Origin: Porphyridium purpureum
Lineage: Eukaryota
Assembly (NCBI GenBank): GCA_008690995.1
Contig: VRMN01000002.1
Span: 1,116,001 to 1,180,000 of the forward strand
Direction of reading: 5' to 3'
DNA length: 64,000 nt
Part shown: piece after piece, positions 32,629 to 44,768 of the stretch
Numbering within the stretch: position 1 is the stretch's first letter
How the letters are laid out: the number at the start of each line of letters is the position of its first letter
Notes under the pieces: generated by a model
Database searches by the model: none
Told to the model about the DNA's origin: nothing
The model's input: the letters and a program-made list of their open reading frames with translations, nothing else
Position numbers and translations under genes: made by a program

Positions 32629-34161
32629 ATGGAAGTGGCCAAGGCATCATCGATGCACGCAGGCGTGCACGCGATGCGAGATCCGAGCAACGGGGAGCTG
32701 CAGGCAGTGATTCTGGCGGGCGGCGGAGGATCGCGGATGCAACCGCTGGTGGCCGAGCAGGCCAAGGCAATGCTTGACGTCGGCAATCGTCCGCTGCTGT
32801 TCTTCCAACTGCTCATGGTGGAACGCAGTGGGCTCGGCTCGGCGCTTGTGGTCACCAGCAAGCAGGCGTTGAATGTGGTGTCCCAGTATGTGAACGAACT
32901 CTACCCGCTTGACTGGTGCGTGCAACAACTGCGCCGCGATGCGCGCTCAAAATCTGGCATGCACGCGCACAGAGAGTTTGTGGTCGAGATCGTGGCCGTT
33001 CCTGACGGCAGTGGTACCGCGGACGCGCTAAGGGACATTGCAGACAGGATCACAATGGACTTTGTCGTGATCAGTTCGGATCTGGTTTGTGACGTCGAAC
33101 TGTCGCCCTTAATCAGCCGGCACAGGGTATCGAATGCGTGTTTGACCATGCTTCTGAAACAGGCCTCCGGCTCTGGTGCAGAAGAGAAGGAAAAAGAAAT
33201 CAGTAGTGTAGATTACTTTGGACTTGACGAAGGAATACCCAACACACGAGCTCTGTTCATGCAGGCCGCGGCAGACATCGAGAACGATTCAATCCAAGTG
33301 AGCCGCTCCGTCATACGCTCAGCATCCAACTTTGTATTGCACCGGGATCTGATTGACGCGCATGTGTACGTCTTCTCATTGTGGGCGCTTTCGCTCTTGT
33401 GCCGCAAGAAATCGCATTCAAGCATCAAGAATGAGTTTGTCCCCTTTCTGATCGAGAAGCAGCACGTGCTTGGCAAGCTTCTGGAGCGCAGTGATGAGGA
33501 GCAGGAAGCTAACTCCTTGTCAGCGACAGATCTTTTTCTTTTTGCGAAGCGAATTTCGAATGCAGACAGAATGATGTGGGGCCAACACAGGAACAAGCAA
33601 GGCGGCGCATCTGCCTCAGACCGGGCATTTTGTGGGGCATTTTTGCTTCCTCCGACGGCGTACCTGTCTCGGGTGAATACCATCGAGATGTATCTCAAAG
33701 CCAACATCGACGTGGCTCAGGGTCGACTGGTGTCTGTGTTAGGGCAAGAAAGCACAGCTCAGTTCGACTTGGAGCCAGCAAGCGCCACGTCCGGCAACTC
33801 TAGCGTGGCAGGATCGTGTCCAACGCCTATGGATCTGAAGAAGAGGCCGAGATTAGGTCAAGATTGCATTGTGGGAGTGGACTTGAGTCTCGGTGAAAAG
33901 TCTTCTATCAAGAAGAGCGTGCTTGGGGACCACTGCAGCATAGGAAGCGGTGTCAAGATGGAGAATTGCGTAGTGATGGACCATGTGCAGATCGGCGACA
34001 GGTCCCGCCTTCAAAACAGCGTCATTTGCGGCAACTCAATCATCGAGGCTGGATGTGCCCTCAAGGACTGTCAAGTCGGGTACCGAACAGTCGTCCAAGA
34101 GGGCCGTGAAGCCAAGGGAGAGCGCATCACGGACGACGACGGCGACGACATCTTTTTCTAA
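32629..34161 (+). CDS. EIF2B3: Translation initiation factor eIF2B gamma subunit
   Basis: QAVILAGGGGSRM.PL, KAMLDVGNRPLL, GTADALR, DFVVISSDLV, L.DAHVYVF, SIKNEFVPFL and a C-terminal hexapeptide beta-helix. Confidence 0.88.
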   Translation: MEVAKASSMHAGVHAMRDPSNGELQAVILAGGGGSRMQPLVAEQAKAMLDVGNRPLLFFQLLMVERSGLGSALVVTSKQALNVVSQYVNELYPLDWCVQQLRRDARSKSGMHAHREFVVEIVAVPDGSGTADALRDIADRITMDFVVISSDLVCDVELSPLISRHRVSNACLTMLLKQASGSGAEEKEKEISSVDYFGLDEGIPNTRALFMQAAADIENDSIQVSRSVIRSASNFVLHRDLIDAHVYVFSLWALSLLCRKKSHSSIKNEFVPFLIEKQHVLGKLLERSDEEQEANSLSATDLFLFAKRISNADRMMWGQHRNKQGGASASDRAFCGAFLLPPTAYLSRVNTIEMYLKANIDVAQGRLVSVLGQESTAQFDLEPASATSGNSSVAGSCPTPMDLKKRPRLGQDCIVGVDLSLGEKSSIKKSVLGDHCSIGSGVKMENCVVMDHVQIGDRSRLQNSVICGNSIIEAGCALKDCQVGYRTVVQEGREAKGERITDDDGDDIFF

Positions 34162-34295
34162 ACGAGACGTGTCGGTCTTTTACTTTAACTGTAAGATTTT
34201 CTTTCCTGTTGATATGCCAATTCTTACCTTCGCGCCTGTGCCTCGGTTGCGCTTTTCAAGCCATGCCTCCTCGCTAAACAACGCGACTCCTCACT

Positions 34296-36380
34296 CTACA
34301 GCTGCGCCATAACCACTGCTTCGCGGCGTGCATTATCAATCTGTTCCACGCTCCATCCCGTTGCGCCTAATCGCAGAATAGTATCGTGGTACCGAACCAA
34401 GCTCGGCCGGTGTCCCACGCTCACATATGTCACACCAGAACTGAACAAAAAGTCATATAACCGCTCCTCGGCCTTCAAGTCGAGCGCGGATGAAGCCTCG
34501 TCCAAAATTGCCATCTTTGGTTTGTTCAGAATAAGCCTTGCAAACGCTAGTCTCTGCTGCTCACCTAGCGACAAGATGTCAGACCAGTCACGCACCGAAT
34601 CCAGGCCGCCCATGCGCTCCGGTAATGACGCGAGGTCGACCAGTTTCAACGTCTCTAGCAAAATCGCGTCACTCTGTGAAGCTTTCTTTAAATCCACGGC
34701 CATCGGATAGAGAAGCTGCTCGCGCAGTGTGCCGAGCGTACAGTAAGGTTTCTGCGGAAGGAAAAAGGTTTGCTCGGTAGATGGCCGTATAATTTCGCCC
34801 TGCCCGGAGGTCCACAACCCAGCCACAGCGCGCAGCAGAGATGACTTCCCAGTCCCCGATGGACCGACAATCAGTAACCGCTTGCCCTGCTCAAGTGACA
34901 GCGATACATTATGTGAAAGCTTCCTGCGCGTTTCATCGGGAGTAACAAGTGTCACGTTGCGCAGCACCAATCCGCTAAAGTCGTCCAGAAAGGAAACCGA
35001 CAGACTGTCCTGACGGTCCTCTCCAACTTCTGTCGCTGCACGTTGCGAGTCTTCGTCTTCCCTCCCCGTGGAGGCAACGACGGTCTTGGTAGACTCTGTA
35101 ATTTCCAGTTCGAGTTCTTCCACAAACTCGCCAAGACGATCGATGCCAGCACCGAACCGACTGATTTGTTCGAACTTGTTCACAATAATGCTCAAATCAT
35201 TGAGAATATGGTTGAACGCGGAGAAGCTCTGATTGACCACCCCCAGCCCAACTTTACCCTCAAAAAACAGGGGTGCTGTCACTAGCGCCGGCAAAACCTG
35301 GATCAAGTATTTGTACCCGACTGTGAAGAACTCGAGGTTTCGTTGCTTTTTGATCACCAAACCAAAATTCTCCACCGCTGCTTGTAGGCGCGTGCGGATC
35401 AACCCCAGCTCGCGATCCTCACCGCCGTAAAAGGCAACGGACTCGGCGTTTTCACGCACTCGCACGAGCGCGTAGCGCAAATCGGCCTCCTTCTGCAACT
35501 GGCGGAAATTAATATTGACAAGATCCTTTCCGATCGATGCGGTTGTGATTGTTCCAAAGCCAGCATAGCCGATAATCACGGCAAAAAGCGGCGGGTAGAT
35601 CGACAGCAGGATGCCAGAAAAGCAAATCAGGTCCACGATCGATGTCAGCACGGTAAGGAAGAGCAGCAGCGAGGTTCGCGTGAAGGCATCCAGGTCCTCG
35701 GTAATGCGCTGATCTGGATTATCTACCGTGCTGTACGCCTCAATTTTGTAATAGTTGCGATCCTTGAAATAGTCCATAAGCGTCGATTCGGTCAGCCACT
35801 GTCGCCAGCTCAACGACAACATGTCGCGAGAGTACGCGTAGAGCACAGCGACAGGAGTTCCAATAACTAGAAGCCCGAAGAAAAGAGCCGCTTCCTGCTG
35901 AAACTGCTCCACATTTTTTGTCGATAGCGCGTTCCAAAAGTCCCTACCCACGTAACTGAACCCGACGGACACGCCAGCCTGCAAGGCAGCGAGCGCAACG
36001 ACTCGAGCCATCTGCCACTTCGCGGACGGATCTTGCTTCCAGTATGGCTTTGCCAGGGTTAGAAACAATCCACCCACGCGCCGAATATCGGTCCGCAGCT
36101 CGCTCAATTTTGTCGTTTCATCCTGGTCGCCTTCAACCACAACGTTTTCCACACGTCCATTCCCACTCCCGCCGGCGCTCATTAGCACCGCCTGGCGGCA
36201 GCGCCGACTGTGTGCATCCCACATACCGTGGCTGTGGCCCCACGAAGTGCATTTCCGGCCGCGTCCAACCGCGCCAAAGCGTTCAACCGTTCGACGGCGT
36301 TCCGTGCCCGCGTGGCCTCGCCATGCATGCAGCAACGTCCCGGAGCCACTAATGCCCGGCACGACAAATGCAACAGCCAT
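34296..36380 (-). CDS. ABC transporter, subfamily D half-transporter of the plastid/bacterial YddA-like type
   Basis: Transit-like MAVAFVV; DNPDQRI, EADLRYALVRVRENAESVAFYGG (EAA motif), GPSGTGKSS, LSLGEQQRLAFAR, ILDEASSALD, SVGHR. Confidence 0.92.
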   Translation of the reverse strand: MAVAFVVPGISGSGTLLHAWRGHAGTERRRTVERFGAVGRGRKCTSWGHSHGMWDAHSRRCRQAVLMSAGGSGNGRVENVVVEGDQDETTKLSELRTDIRRVGGLFLTLAKPYWKQDPSAKWQMARVVALAALQAGVSVGFSYVGRDFWNALSTKNVEQFQQEAALFFGLLVIGTPVAVLYAYSRDMLSLSWRQWLTESTLMDYFKDRNYYKIEAYSTVDNPDQRITEDLDAFTRTSLLLFLTVLTSIVDLICFSGILLSIYPPLFAVIIGYAGFGTITTASIGKDLVNINFRQLQKEADLRYALVRVRENAESVAFYGGEDRELGLIRTRLQAAVENFGLVIKKQRNLEFFTVGYKYLIQVLPALVTAPLFFEGKVGLGVVNQSFSAFNHILNDLSIIVNKFEQISRFGAGIDRLGEFVEELELEITESTKTVVASTGREDEDSQRAATEVGEDRQDSLSVSFLDDFSGLVLRNVTLVTPDETRRKLSHNVSLSLEQGKRLLIVGPSGTGKSSLLRAVAGLWTSGQGEIIRPSTEQTFFLPQKPYCTLGTLREQLLYPMAVDLKKASQSDAILLETLKLVDLASLPERMGGLDSVRDWSDILSLGEQQRLAFARLILNKPKMAILDEASSALDLKAEERLYDFLFSSGVTYVSVGHRPSLVRYHDTILRLGATGWSVEQIDNARREAVVMAQL

Positions 36381-36991
36381 GGCCGGTACCATGATCCCGC
36401 GAATGAATGCGTTCCCACTACCCCTCAATCCATGCGCCGCCCTCTCTTCTATCAATCCTTCTGCCTCTCCTTCCGCACTTTCCTCCTTCCCCCACCCCTC
36501 ATACTCCAGCTGCATATCGCCAGCTCGCGGAATTAAAACTATAAAAAGCGTCACTGTAATGACACATTGCATTGCATTGTGAAATTGCCGCAGAATGTAC
36601 GTGAGTACATGGAGGTTCTGTGAGGACGGTACAGTGACGCTTCGTGTTCTGTAAGGGTCGATGTCGACGCTTCGATCCTGCAAGCGGCGCCAGTGCAACG
36701 AGGCCGCATGGACGGGATACGATCACAGTCAGACGACAGTGCTACGTGCGTGCGTTCTTGCTTACTTGTCCGCCGGTAGGCAGACGAGGTGATGGTTTGT
36801 GGTACCCGTGATATTGCTCGGCGATATGAGTGCGTGTGTGTGAGCACAAACAACCGCAAATGTGCGCGGCACTCCGGGCGTCCAAAAAAAATAAAAATAA
36901 AAAAATTAAAATTAAATCGGCAGTTCAAAATACATCCGCTCCTGTTTAGTCTTTCTTTCTTTCTTTCTTTTTCTGATGGTCAGTCGAAGCG

Positions 36992-38692
36992 CTATGAGTC
37001 GTTTGCGGCGCGCGCGTCCTTCGAACCAGACCCGTGCATGCTCCGGAGGCTACTAGAGAAAAATAGATGAATTGATTCGCGGATCGACGATTTTCTGTGC
37101 GCCGGCCCTGTACTTGCGGCACCTGGCTCGGTTGTAGTTGCGTTGCCATTTCCAGGTCCTATTCCAGTTCCGTTTCCGTTTCTGTTTCCGTTTCCATTTC
37201 CATTTCCATTTCCAGTCCCAGTTCCGTTTCCAGGTCCAGTTCCATTTCCGCTGCCCACGCCAGACGAAGCCGATGCAATGGTTCTCAAAGCAGATGCACC
37301 GCCGCTACTTGAACCACCTCCAGTGGTGCCACTGCCCGATTTACCGAATGCACGCTGCGTACTAGGATTCACTGTGCGCCGGTCTTCTCCCCCGAGGCGT
37401 GGCTTTTCAGGAAGGCGGTTTGCGCTGCTGACCCTCGGCAGTGCTCGGCTGCTAAAGCTGAGACTCTTTTGAGACTTCCGCACTCGCGGCTCATTCACCC
37501 ACTCCACGCCGAGTACATGAAACTCATCAGGGCCGTTCAGGTCGCTGTAGTCGTCCATCACGAACGATTTTGGCGGCGAGCTGACGTGGCCGTCAACGTC
37601 GATGCCAAGAGAACCCAGCGAGGAGATACTCTTGAAGCTCAGTCGTCCTCTTGACTTTGTGTGCGGAAGAGAGTTTGCGGAGCGAGAGTAATGCTTTGGA
37701 CTCGACATTGAGACCCCGCTGCGCTCCCCACCCGACATTTGCTGCGCCGCCAACGCCGACAGGGAAGTCGTCGGCTGCTGTTGATGCGACGCGGCCGAGC
37801 CACCCATGCCCTGGTATCGCATCAATGAACTCGTGCGCTGCTTTGGTCGCAGACTTTGCGCACTGCTCGCCTGAGATCTCGCAGTGGCCGACAGCGTAAC
37901 AGCCTGTCTTTGCTTGGCAGATGTCAGCGATGTATGTAAATCCAGGTCGTCAATAGTACAACAAAGATCGTCGTCGTCTGCGTCGTCAATGACGCCTGAA
38001 GACGAAGCGTTCTGGTATGTATTCACGAGTGTGGGGTCAAACGCCTCGCGCGCGTCTCTGCCGCGCATCCAAGCCTTTGACGTCATGACGTCGTTTCCGC
38101 TCTTGCTCTTGATAAACGCACCGACTTTGTGACCGAAAAAGGGCGATTGCTTTTTGTCTCTGGGAGTGTGCAAGTCCAAAGCGCTGGACGCGATGGCTGC
38201 CCGATGCCCGCCGATTCCCACGGGGCCAGACTTTGGACGCGGCTCGAAGCGCGGACTCTGTGAAGCGAATGCATCTACAATCGGTCCAGTCAGCGCGCGT
38301 CCTGAAATTGACCGTCCAGAGACATTGAGTGAGGACAGCGACGCGCCGGACCCTTCGGAGCGCTCGAACTCCTCCGCGGCGCTCTCGACGTCTCCCGAGG
38401 TCGTGCCGTCACGCCCCGAACTCGTCCCTCCGGCCTGCTCATTCCTACCCCTACTCTTGGTCTTCTTATGACTCTTCTTCCCACTCCTGCTCGTTGTGAG
38501 CGGGACATACACAGCCGGGTACGAGGACAGCGGCGTCTCACCACTTCTCTGCATTTCCGCAGCGTGGCCCGACGGCTTTTCGTGCCTGGCGCTCCCGCTC
38601 CCGGTGCGCGGACCCAGCCCCGCGTTCATGTGAGCATGCCCAACCTGCAAGCTGCTTCCATGCTTCTGCCGCTCGCCACGGCGCGCGTCCAT
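36992..38692 (-). CDS. Ser/Gly-rich low-complexity protein of unknown function
   Basis: Long uninterrupted ORF between the ABCD and aconitase genes; no recognisable domain. Confidence 0.55.
   Translation of the reverse strand: MDARRGERQKHGSSLQVGHAHMNAGLGPRTGSGSARHEKPSGHAAEMQRSGETPLSSYPAVYVPLTTSRSGKKSHKKTKSRGRNEQAGGTSSGRDGTTSGDVESAAEEFERSEGSGASLSSLNVSGRSISGRALTGPIVDAFASQSPRFEPRPKSGPVGIGGHRAAIASSALDLHTPRDKKQSPFFGHKVGAFIKSKSGNDVMTSKAWMRGRDAREAFDPTLVNTYQNASSSGVIDDADDDDLCCTIDDLDLHTSLTSAKQRQAVTLSATARSQASSAQSLRPKQRTSSLMRYQGMGGSAASHQQQPTTSLSALAAQQMSGGERSGVSMSSPKHYSRSANSLPHTKSRGRLSFKSISSLGSLGIDVDGHVSSPPKSFVMDDYSDLNGPDEFHVLGVEWVNEPRVRKSQKSLSFSSRALPRVSSANRLPEKPRLGGEDRRTVNPSTQRAFGKSGSGTTGGGSSSGGASALRTIASASSGVGSGNGTGPGNGTGTGNGNGNGNGNRNGNGTGIGPGNGNATTTEPGAASTGPAHRKSSIRESIHLFFSSSLRSMHGSGSKDARAANDS
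37140..37252. repeat. Coding hexanucleotide-type repeat (ccattt/ccgttt/ccagtt) encoding GN/GT/GP dipeptides on the minus strand
   Basis: Translates to GSGNGTGPGNGTGTGNGNGNGNGNRNGNGTGIGPGNGN. Confidence 0.8.
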
Positions 38693-39552
38693 GGCGTTCC
38701 GCACGAACGGAACGGAATACCACTCTCTAGCCCACACCGCCCCAGTCAATCTGCGCGCCCACCCCCATCGCTCCCACACTTCAAAACCAAGCTCTCCCGC
38801 CCTCGCCACATCCCATCACTGTACACCCCATTTCTACCACCACGGTACCTCCTTCGATCCGAAACGTTAAAAAACACCTTTCTGCGCGCGTTAAAATAAA
38901 CACCACCGCCCCGCGCTTGCCGCCTACCACCGTGGGCGCGTTTTGGTATGCAAGTCAGCAAACCGTCGCCACCAAGCTTGGGAACGGAGGAGCCACGGCG
39001 GTGTGTCCCACCTTTCTCACAAACCACACCGTCGAAGTTCTTTCCAAATCCTCCCATTTCAGTATAGAACCGATAGACCGATAGACTGATGGACACGCGC
39101 AGACGCAGAAGAGCTTGCATGCGCATGGAAGTACAGTGTGTGATATGGCGTTTGAGTGTACCTCCACGTTTCGAGTCTGTTTTGTGGTTTCGGTTCGTTT
39201 CAGTCTGGAACGGAACGTGCGATTCGGCGCGGCTGCTGCTGCTGCTGTTTTATATGGAAAAGAGCGTCGGGATGTCTAGTATGCATGCGGCGCAAAACAA
39301 AGGAGGAGCGGAAAGGCGGCATGGAAAAGTCCGTTTTTTAGGGAGCGAGCCGGTGCTGAGCGGTTTGGTGTTTGTGTTGATTTTGAGTAGGCAGTTCGAA
39401 CGCGGAGAAGGGTGGGTGGGGAAAAGGGGGGAGACGGATTGTGTCGCACGGGGGGGTCGGATGTGTAGATGCACGGTTGGATGGACGCCGCTTGGTAGAG
39501 AAAGGAACCGAGTAGTGCTGCTGATTCTGGGGAGGGAGAGGGAGGTGGAGTG

Positions 39553-41952
39553 ATGACGCTCGGGTTTGTGGCGTGTGGGCGGATGCCCGTGGCGATGTTG
39601 CGCGGAGCGGCGGGCGTGCGGGCGCACTCCATGCGGCTGAAGCATAACGCGGGACTGTCGTTGACCATGGGCCGCGCGGCGTTTGCCAGCACGCCCATGA
39701 GCCCGTGGGAGCCGCACACCGCGCTGGACAAGGTGTATGAGAAGATGGACGCCAACCTGAGCATCGTGCGCGCAAAGTTGAATCGCCCGCTCACGCTCGC
39801 GGAGAAAGTCGTGTACGGACATTTGGACGACGCACACGGCTCGCCGGCGCCAGTGCGCGGAAAGTCGTACCTCAAGCTGCGTCCGGATCGCGTCGCCATG
39901 CAGGACGCCACCGCGCAGATGGCAACCTTGCAGTTTATTTCTGCGGGGCTTCCAACAACAGCGGTCCCCACCACGATCCACTGTGACCACTTGATTGCGG
40001 CGCAGAATGGCGCCGTTGCCGATCTCGCCAAGGCCAACGTGGACAATAAGGAGGTGTTCGACTTTCTGGCTTCCGCGGGAGCGAAATACGGCATGGGATT
40101 CTGGAAACCGGGCTCAGGTATCATTCACCAAATCGTGCTCGAAAATTACGCGATTCCGGGTGGACTGATGATCGGTACCGACTCACACACGCCCAATGCT
40201 GGTGGGCTCGGGATGGTCGCGATCGGCGTTGGCGGTGCAGACGCGGTGGACGTCATGGCCGGACTGGCGTGGGAGCTCAAGGCGCCCAAGGTGATTGGTG
40301 TCAAGCTCACGGGCAAGCTGAACGAGTGGACATCGCCCAAGGACGTGATTTTGAAGGTGGCTGGAATTCTGACGGTGAAGGGAGGAACGGGCGCGATTGT
40401 TGAGTATCATGGTCCTGGTGTCGAGTCGCTTTCGTGCACTGGAATGGCCACGATTTGCAACATGGGTGCGGAAATCGGCGCCACCACCAGCATGTTCCCG
40501 TACAACCACCGCATGGCCGACTACTTAAACGCAACAAGTCGTTCGGCCATCGCGTCGCTGGCTAACGCGACAATGGGTAATCTGACACCCGACGAGGGGT
40601 GCGAATACGATCAGCTCATTGAGATTGACCTGAACACGCTGGAGCCTCACATCAACGGCCCCTTCACGCCAGATCTGGCGCATCCCTTGTCGAAGTTTGC
40701 AGAGGCAGTGGAAAAGAATGGCTGGCCTGCGGAGCTCAAAGTCGGTCTCATTGGTAGCTGCACCAACTCGTCATACGAGGACATGACGCGCTCAGCGTCA
40801 CTGGTACGCCAGGCGCTCGACAAGGGCGTGAAATTCCAGAGCGTGTTTGACTGCACCCCAGGCTCGGAGCAGGTGCGCGCGACGATTGAGCGTGATGGCA
40901 TCATCTCGACGTTTGCCGATGCTGGTGGTATTGTGCTTGCCAACGCGTGCGGCCCTTGCATCGGACAGTGGAATCGTGAGGACGTGCCCAAGGGTACTCC
41001 CAACTCTATCGTGACAAGCTTTAATCGCAACTTTACGTCGCGCAATGACGGAAACCCAAAGACACACGCATTTGTCGCGTCGCCGGAGCTTGTGACGGCG
41101 TTTGCGCTGGCCGGCTCGCTGAAATTCAACCCGGCCACTGACACACTGAAGGACAAGGACGGTAATGAGTTCAAGCTGAAAGCGCCGTATGGCGACGAGC
41201 TTCCGCAGAAGGGTTTCGACCCAGGCATGGACACATATCAGCCGCCAGCGGCCGAAGGCAGTGCTCTCAAGGTGCACGTCGCCGACGACTCGACGCGCTT
41301 GCAGTTGCTCACGCCATTCAAGCCATGGGATGGCAAGGACTATGAAGACTGCGCACTCCTCATCAAGGTGCTTGGCAAATGCACGACAGATCATATCAGT
41401 ATGGCAGGCCCCTGGCTCAAGTATCGTGGCCACCTGGACAACATCTCGAACAATATGTACATTGGCGCAATCAACGCAGAGAACAAAGAGGCAAACAAGG
41501 TGAAGAATCAGCTGACTGGCGAGTACGGCGGCGTACCGGATACCGCGCGCTACTACAAGGCGCACGGCGTCAAGTGGGTTGTTGTGGGCGACGATAACTA
41601 TGGCGAAGGCTCCAGTCGCGAACACGCTGCGCTGGAGCCACGACACCTTGGTGGTGTGGCCGTAATTGTCAAGTCGTTTGCGCGTATTGCGGAGACAAAT
41701 CTGAAGAAGCAGGGCATGCTGGCGCTCACCTTTGCGGACCCAATGGACTATGACAAGATCTCGCCATCGGACAAGATCAGCATTGTTGGGTTGAGTGAGT
41801 TTGCAGAAGGTAAACCACTCACAGCGCACGTGAAGAAGACAGATGGAACTGTGATTAGCATTCAGCTCACCCACTCGTACAACACAGAGCAGATCGGGTG
41901 GTTCAAGGCTGGCTCGGCATTGAATAAGATTCGATCGGATTTGGCAGCGTAA
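39553..41952 (+). CDS. ACO2: Mitochondrial aconitate hydratase
   Basis: [79 protein letters not shown]. Confidence 0.97.
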   Translation: MTLGFVACGRMPVAMLRGAAGVRAHSMRLKHNAGLSLTMGRAAFASTPMSPWEPHTALDKVYEKMDANLSIVRAKLNRPLTLAEKVVYGHLDDAHGSPAPVRGKSYLKLRPDRVAMQDATAQMATLQFISAGLPTTAVPTTIHCDHLIAAQNGAVADLAKANVDNKEVFDFLASAGAKYGMGFWKPGSGIIHQIVLENYAIPGGLMIGTDSHTPNAGGLGMVAIGVGGADAVDVMAGLAWELKAPKVIGVKLTGKLNEWTSPKDVILKVAGILTVKGGTGAIVEYHGPGVESLSCTGMATICNMGAEIGATTSMFPYNHRMADYLNATSRSAIASLANATMGNLTPDEGCEYDQLIEIDLNTLEPHINGPFTPDLAHPLSKFAEAVEKNGWPAELKVGLIGSCTNSSYEDMTRSASLVRQALDKGVKFQSVFDCTPGSEQVRATIERDGIISTFADAGGIVLANACGPCIGQWNREDVPKGTPNSIVTSFNRNFTSRNDGNPKTHAFVASPELVTAFALAGSLKFNPATDTLKDKDGNEFKLKAPYGDELPQKGFDPGMDTYQPPAAEGSALKVHVADDSTRLQLLTPFKPWDGKDYEDCALLIKVLGKCTTDHISMAGPWLKYRGHLDNISNNMYIGAINAENKEANKVKNQLTGEYGGVPDTARYYKAHGVKWVVVGDDNYGEGSSREHAALEPRHLGGVAVIVKSFARIAETNLKKQGMLALTFADPMDYDKISPSDKISIVGLSEFAEGKPLTAHVKKTDGTVISIQLTHSYNTEQIGWFKAGSALNKIRSDLAA

Positions 41953-42029
41953 TGATACAAAGCAGTGAGTCTAATGGATATTAGAGAAAGTCACATGATA
42001 AACAGTTACAAGTTGAACTCCTTCGCTAC

Positions 42030-43787
42030 TTACGGGTTTATGACTTTCCTTTTCGGCGCCCGAATGTTTACGATGCGACCTTCCAACTGTGGCGCAATTG
42101 TATACTTGTTCTGAGTCATTCTGCATGAGGAATACCGTTTCAGTTTGATCGATGTGCCATCGGTATCACTTTCGTCGTCACTGTCGTCGTCGTTGTCGAT
42201 ACCATTGCCTCCGCCGCCCTGCGCGCTTAGAGCAGCCTTGTCTCTCCATGCAAGGAGCGCATTCCTCACGTTGTCCCGCTTGTTCGCTCGCATCGACGCA
42301 ATGGCGTTCGCCACCTCAACCAGCTTGAAATAGTTGCGCATCAGGGTTGGCAGCATGGGTGCACATTCGCTGTCGACGAGGACTTTTGAGTGCTTGGAAA
42401 AAGAGTAACCGTCCTTGTTTTCCATCATGTACTGCTTGGTGATCACCCTGTACATGGCATCCTCGCGCAGCGGTTCGTCGCCGACAAAGACGCTTCCCGG
42501 AACCACGCGCGCGCCAGGCGGCTTTTCCGGGTCAAACTCAAATCGCATGCCGCTTACTTGCGCAAAGCGGCCTTCTAGGCTAGGATACTTGCTCACCGAG
42601 TTCTCCATCGCCTCGACTACGGCAAACCCAGGCATTTCCACGACAACCGTTTCGTCCAGCATGGGCAGCAGGCGCAGGAGATCTGTGATGCGGAACGGAC
42701 CGCGCGGGAACACAACGTCTGCACGCAGAGTGCCGGCATTTACAAAGGCAATGTCAGCGACCGGATACACACCAAAGCGCAGGATGTCCATTACAAAGTT
42801 ACCAGCGTTTGTCTCTGCCGTGCGGATTTCCGAGAAACGCGCGTCCATGTCAACATCGATAAAGCCGATTTCTTTCTGAACCTCGGCGCGAATCTTTGCC
42901 GAGTAGCTGTCCACAATCTGCTGCATGCTTCCGTCGACGGGAACATCCGACGTGATTTGCTCGTGTGCTGTTTCTACAACACAGACGCGGGCGTCCTCGC
43001 GCACCACTTTAATCGCGGTCAGGTCTCGAAAATCCGTCCCGCTTTTGCAGACATACACATCGTCCACCTTTCGTACAACGTAATGATGGTCATGTCCCCC
43101 GAGCACTAGATCCACAAGCCCTTCTGCGCTGGCCTGTTTCGCAAAGGCCACGTCATTGTTTTCGCGCATGTGCGTGAGTGCAATAACAAGATCGAGGCGA
43201 TGTGTCGCGCGCATTTCCGGCGCTAACCTACGCACACAAGCAATTGGATCTTCAAATGCTAAGTCCTCGACGTCGACCTGACCCAGCGTGCAGAGCCAAT
43301 CATTCTCGACAATGCCGAGCACACCGATTTCCCACGTGCCCCAATGCACAACGAGCGACTCGAGCCCGTTTGCGAGCGCACGCGCCTTCTTCTTTTCACG
43401 CACATTCGAAATCAGCCACGGAAATGAGCACTCGCGCATGAGGTCCTCAAGATGCGCCACGCCACGGTCGAGGTCGTGGTTCCCGATCACGGCCGCACGC
43501 ACGTTGAGCGCGTTCAAAACTGGCACCATTTGCTCTCCCCCCATCACAGTTGACATCATGGACGGATGGAAGCAATCGCCGCTGAACAACACAAGAGGCT
43601 GGGGCGCGCCGTCCTGCGCATGTACTTGGCAGCCTCTTTCGTACCGCCGAACGACACTCGCAAACCGCGCGGCGCCACCCACTGGCTCCTGCGCGCGCTC
43701 CTCAATCTCATACACATCGTTGAAGTGCAAAATCGTCAGCTCATCTTGAGTGCGAGCCGCCAAGCGTTCTGCCACGGCGGGATCCAT
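42030..43787 (-). CDS. 5'-nucleotidase (calcineurin-like metallophosphoesterase plus C-terminal domain), no signal peptide
   Basis: ILHFNDVY, GGAARF, FSGD, GNHDLD, ALTHMR, LGGHDH, ETNAGN, NAGTLR, GRFAQVSG. Confidence 0.92.
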   Translation of the reverse strand: MDPAVAERLAARTQDELTILHFNDVYEIEERAQEPVGGAARFASVVRRYERGCQVHAQDGAPQPLVLFSGDCFHPSMMSTVMGGEQMVPVLNALNVRAAVIGNHDLDRGVAHLEDLMRECSFPWLISNVREKKKARALANGLESLVVHWGTWEIGVLGIVENDWLCTLGQVDVEDLAFEDPIACVRRLAPEMRATHRLDLVIALTHMRENNDVAFAKQASAEGLVDLVLGGHDHHYVVRKVDDVYVCKSGTDFRDLTAIKVVREDARVCVVETAHEQITSDVPVDGSMQQIVDSYSAKIRAEVQKEIGFIDVDMDARFSEIRTAETNAGNFVMDILRFGVYPVADIAFVNAGTLRADVVFPRGPFRITDLLRLLPMLDETVVVEMPGFAVVEAMENSVSKYPSLEGRFAQVSGMRFEFDPEKPPGARVVPGSVFVGDEPLREDAMYRVITKQYMMENKDGYSFSKHSKVLVDSECAPMLPTLMRNYFKLVEVANAIASMRANKRDNVRNALLAWRDKAALSAQGGGGNGIDNDDDSDDESDTDGTSIKLKRYSSCRMTQNKYTIAPQLEGRIVNIRAPKRKVINP

Positions 43788-44264
43788 CTAGCTCGGTCCC
43801 GCACCTGACCGCTCCTTTCCCTCCACGCACCACTCACATCCCGTCGCTGTTCCACTCCTCACGTTCCTCCATCACCACCACCAACACCACCACCACCACC
43901 ACTCGGGCCCTCAACCGATTTGCGGTACAGCTCCACACCGGAACTCGTTTGGACCGGACTGTACACCCAGCATGATGAACCGGCGACGTGTTTCGCATTG
44001 AATGGGCCAAACGGTTTGTCGGTTCAAGCCGATAAGTGTGGGGTTTTCTGGAAGACTGCGGGCGCGTGCGGTGCGCGTGTTTGCGTGCTAGGCGCTGCGT
44101 GAACGGTGATGGCGGTGACGAAGGGCGAAGGACGAAGGACGAGGGTACGCGTGGGAAAGGTCAAGGCTGTTTGCATAGGATCTCGGTTGTTGCGGTGGGC
44201 GTGAGTGTGTGTGTGTGGGTGCTTGCGTGGTAAGAGGCCGTGCGGAGCGGAACAGCTTGGAAGG

Positions 44265-44768
44265 ATGGCGTCGCATCCAGATTATCTGTGGGCGCAGACA
44301 AAGGACGAGCTGTGGGTGACGATCGCGGTGCCCAACGTGTCGAAAGAGGGAGCCGTCGTGCAACTGTTTGATGAGGGGAGGATCGAGTTCCAAGGCACGG
44401 GCGGCGTGCAGGGCGAGGAGAAGGAGTATTGCTTGAAAATCGAGCTGCTGCATCCAATAGACGCCGCGGCGTCACGGTACAATGTCGGCGCAAGGAATAT
44501 CGAGCTCAAGGTGAAGAAGGCAAGCAGCGGCCCGTACTGGGATAAGCTCACGAAAGAAAAAGACATTCACTGCAAGGTCGATTGGGATCACTGGGTCGAC
44601 GAGGACGAAGAGAAGGCGCCCGATTTCGGCGCATCGTGGTCAGGCGCGGATGATCTTGCCGACCTTGACTTTGGCGCGGAACAGAAGGGCGACGCCGACG
44701 ACATCGCCGATGGTGACATGGACGAAGATGCGGACATGCCGGAAGTGGATAAGCCGGCAGATCAGTAA
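44265..44768 (+). CDS. Hsp90 co-chaperone p23 (SBA1/PTGES3 family)
   Basis: HP..LWAQ, YWDKLTKEK, KVDWDHWVDEDEE and an acidic tail. Confidence 0.92.
   Translation: MASHPDYLWAQTKDELWVTIAVPNVSKEGAVVQLFDEGRIEFQGTGGVQGEEKEYCLKIELLHPIDAAASRYNVGARNIELKVKKASSGPYWDKLTKEKDIHCKVDWDHWVDEDEEKAPDFGASWSGADDLADLDFGAEQKGDADDIADGDMDEDADMPEVDKPADQ

Noticed and set aside
37140..37252. Short repeat array considered as CRISPR or telomeric
   Set aside because: It has no spacers and is explained by a coding Gly-Asn dipeptide repeat
40798..41874. Long antisense ORFs, for example 358 aa opposite aconitase
   Set aside because: Expected shadows of GC-rich, codon-biased genes, with no protein motifs
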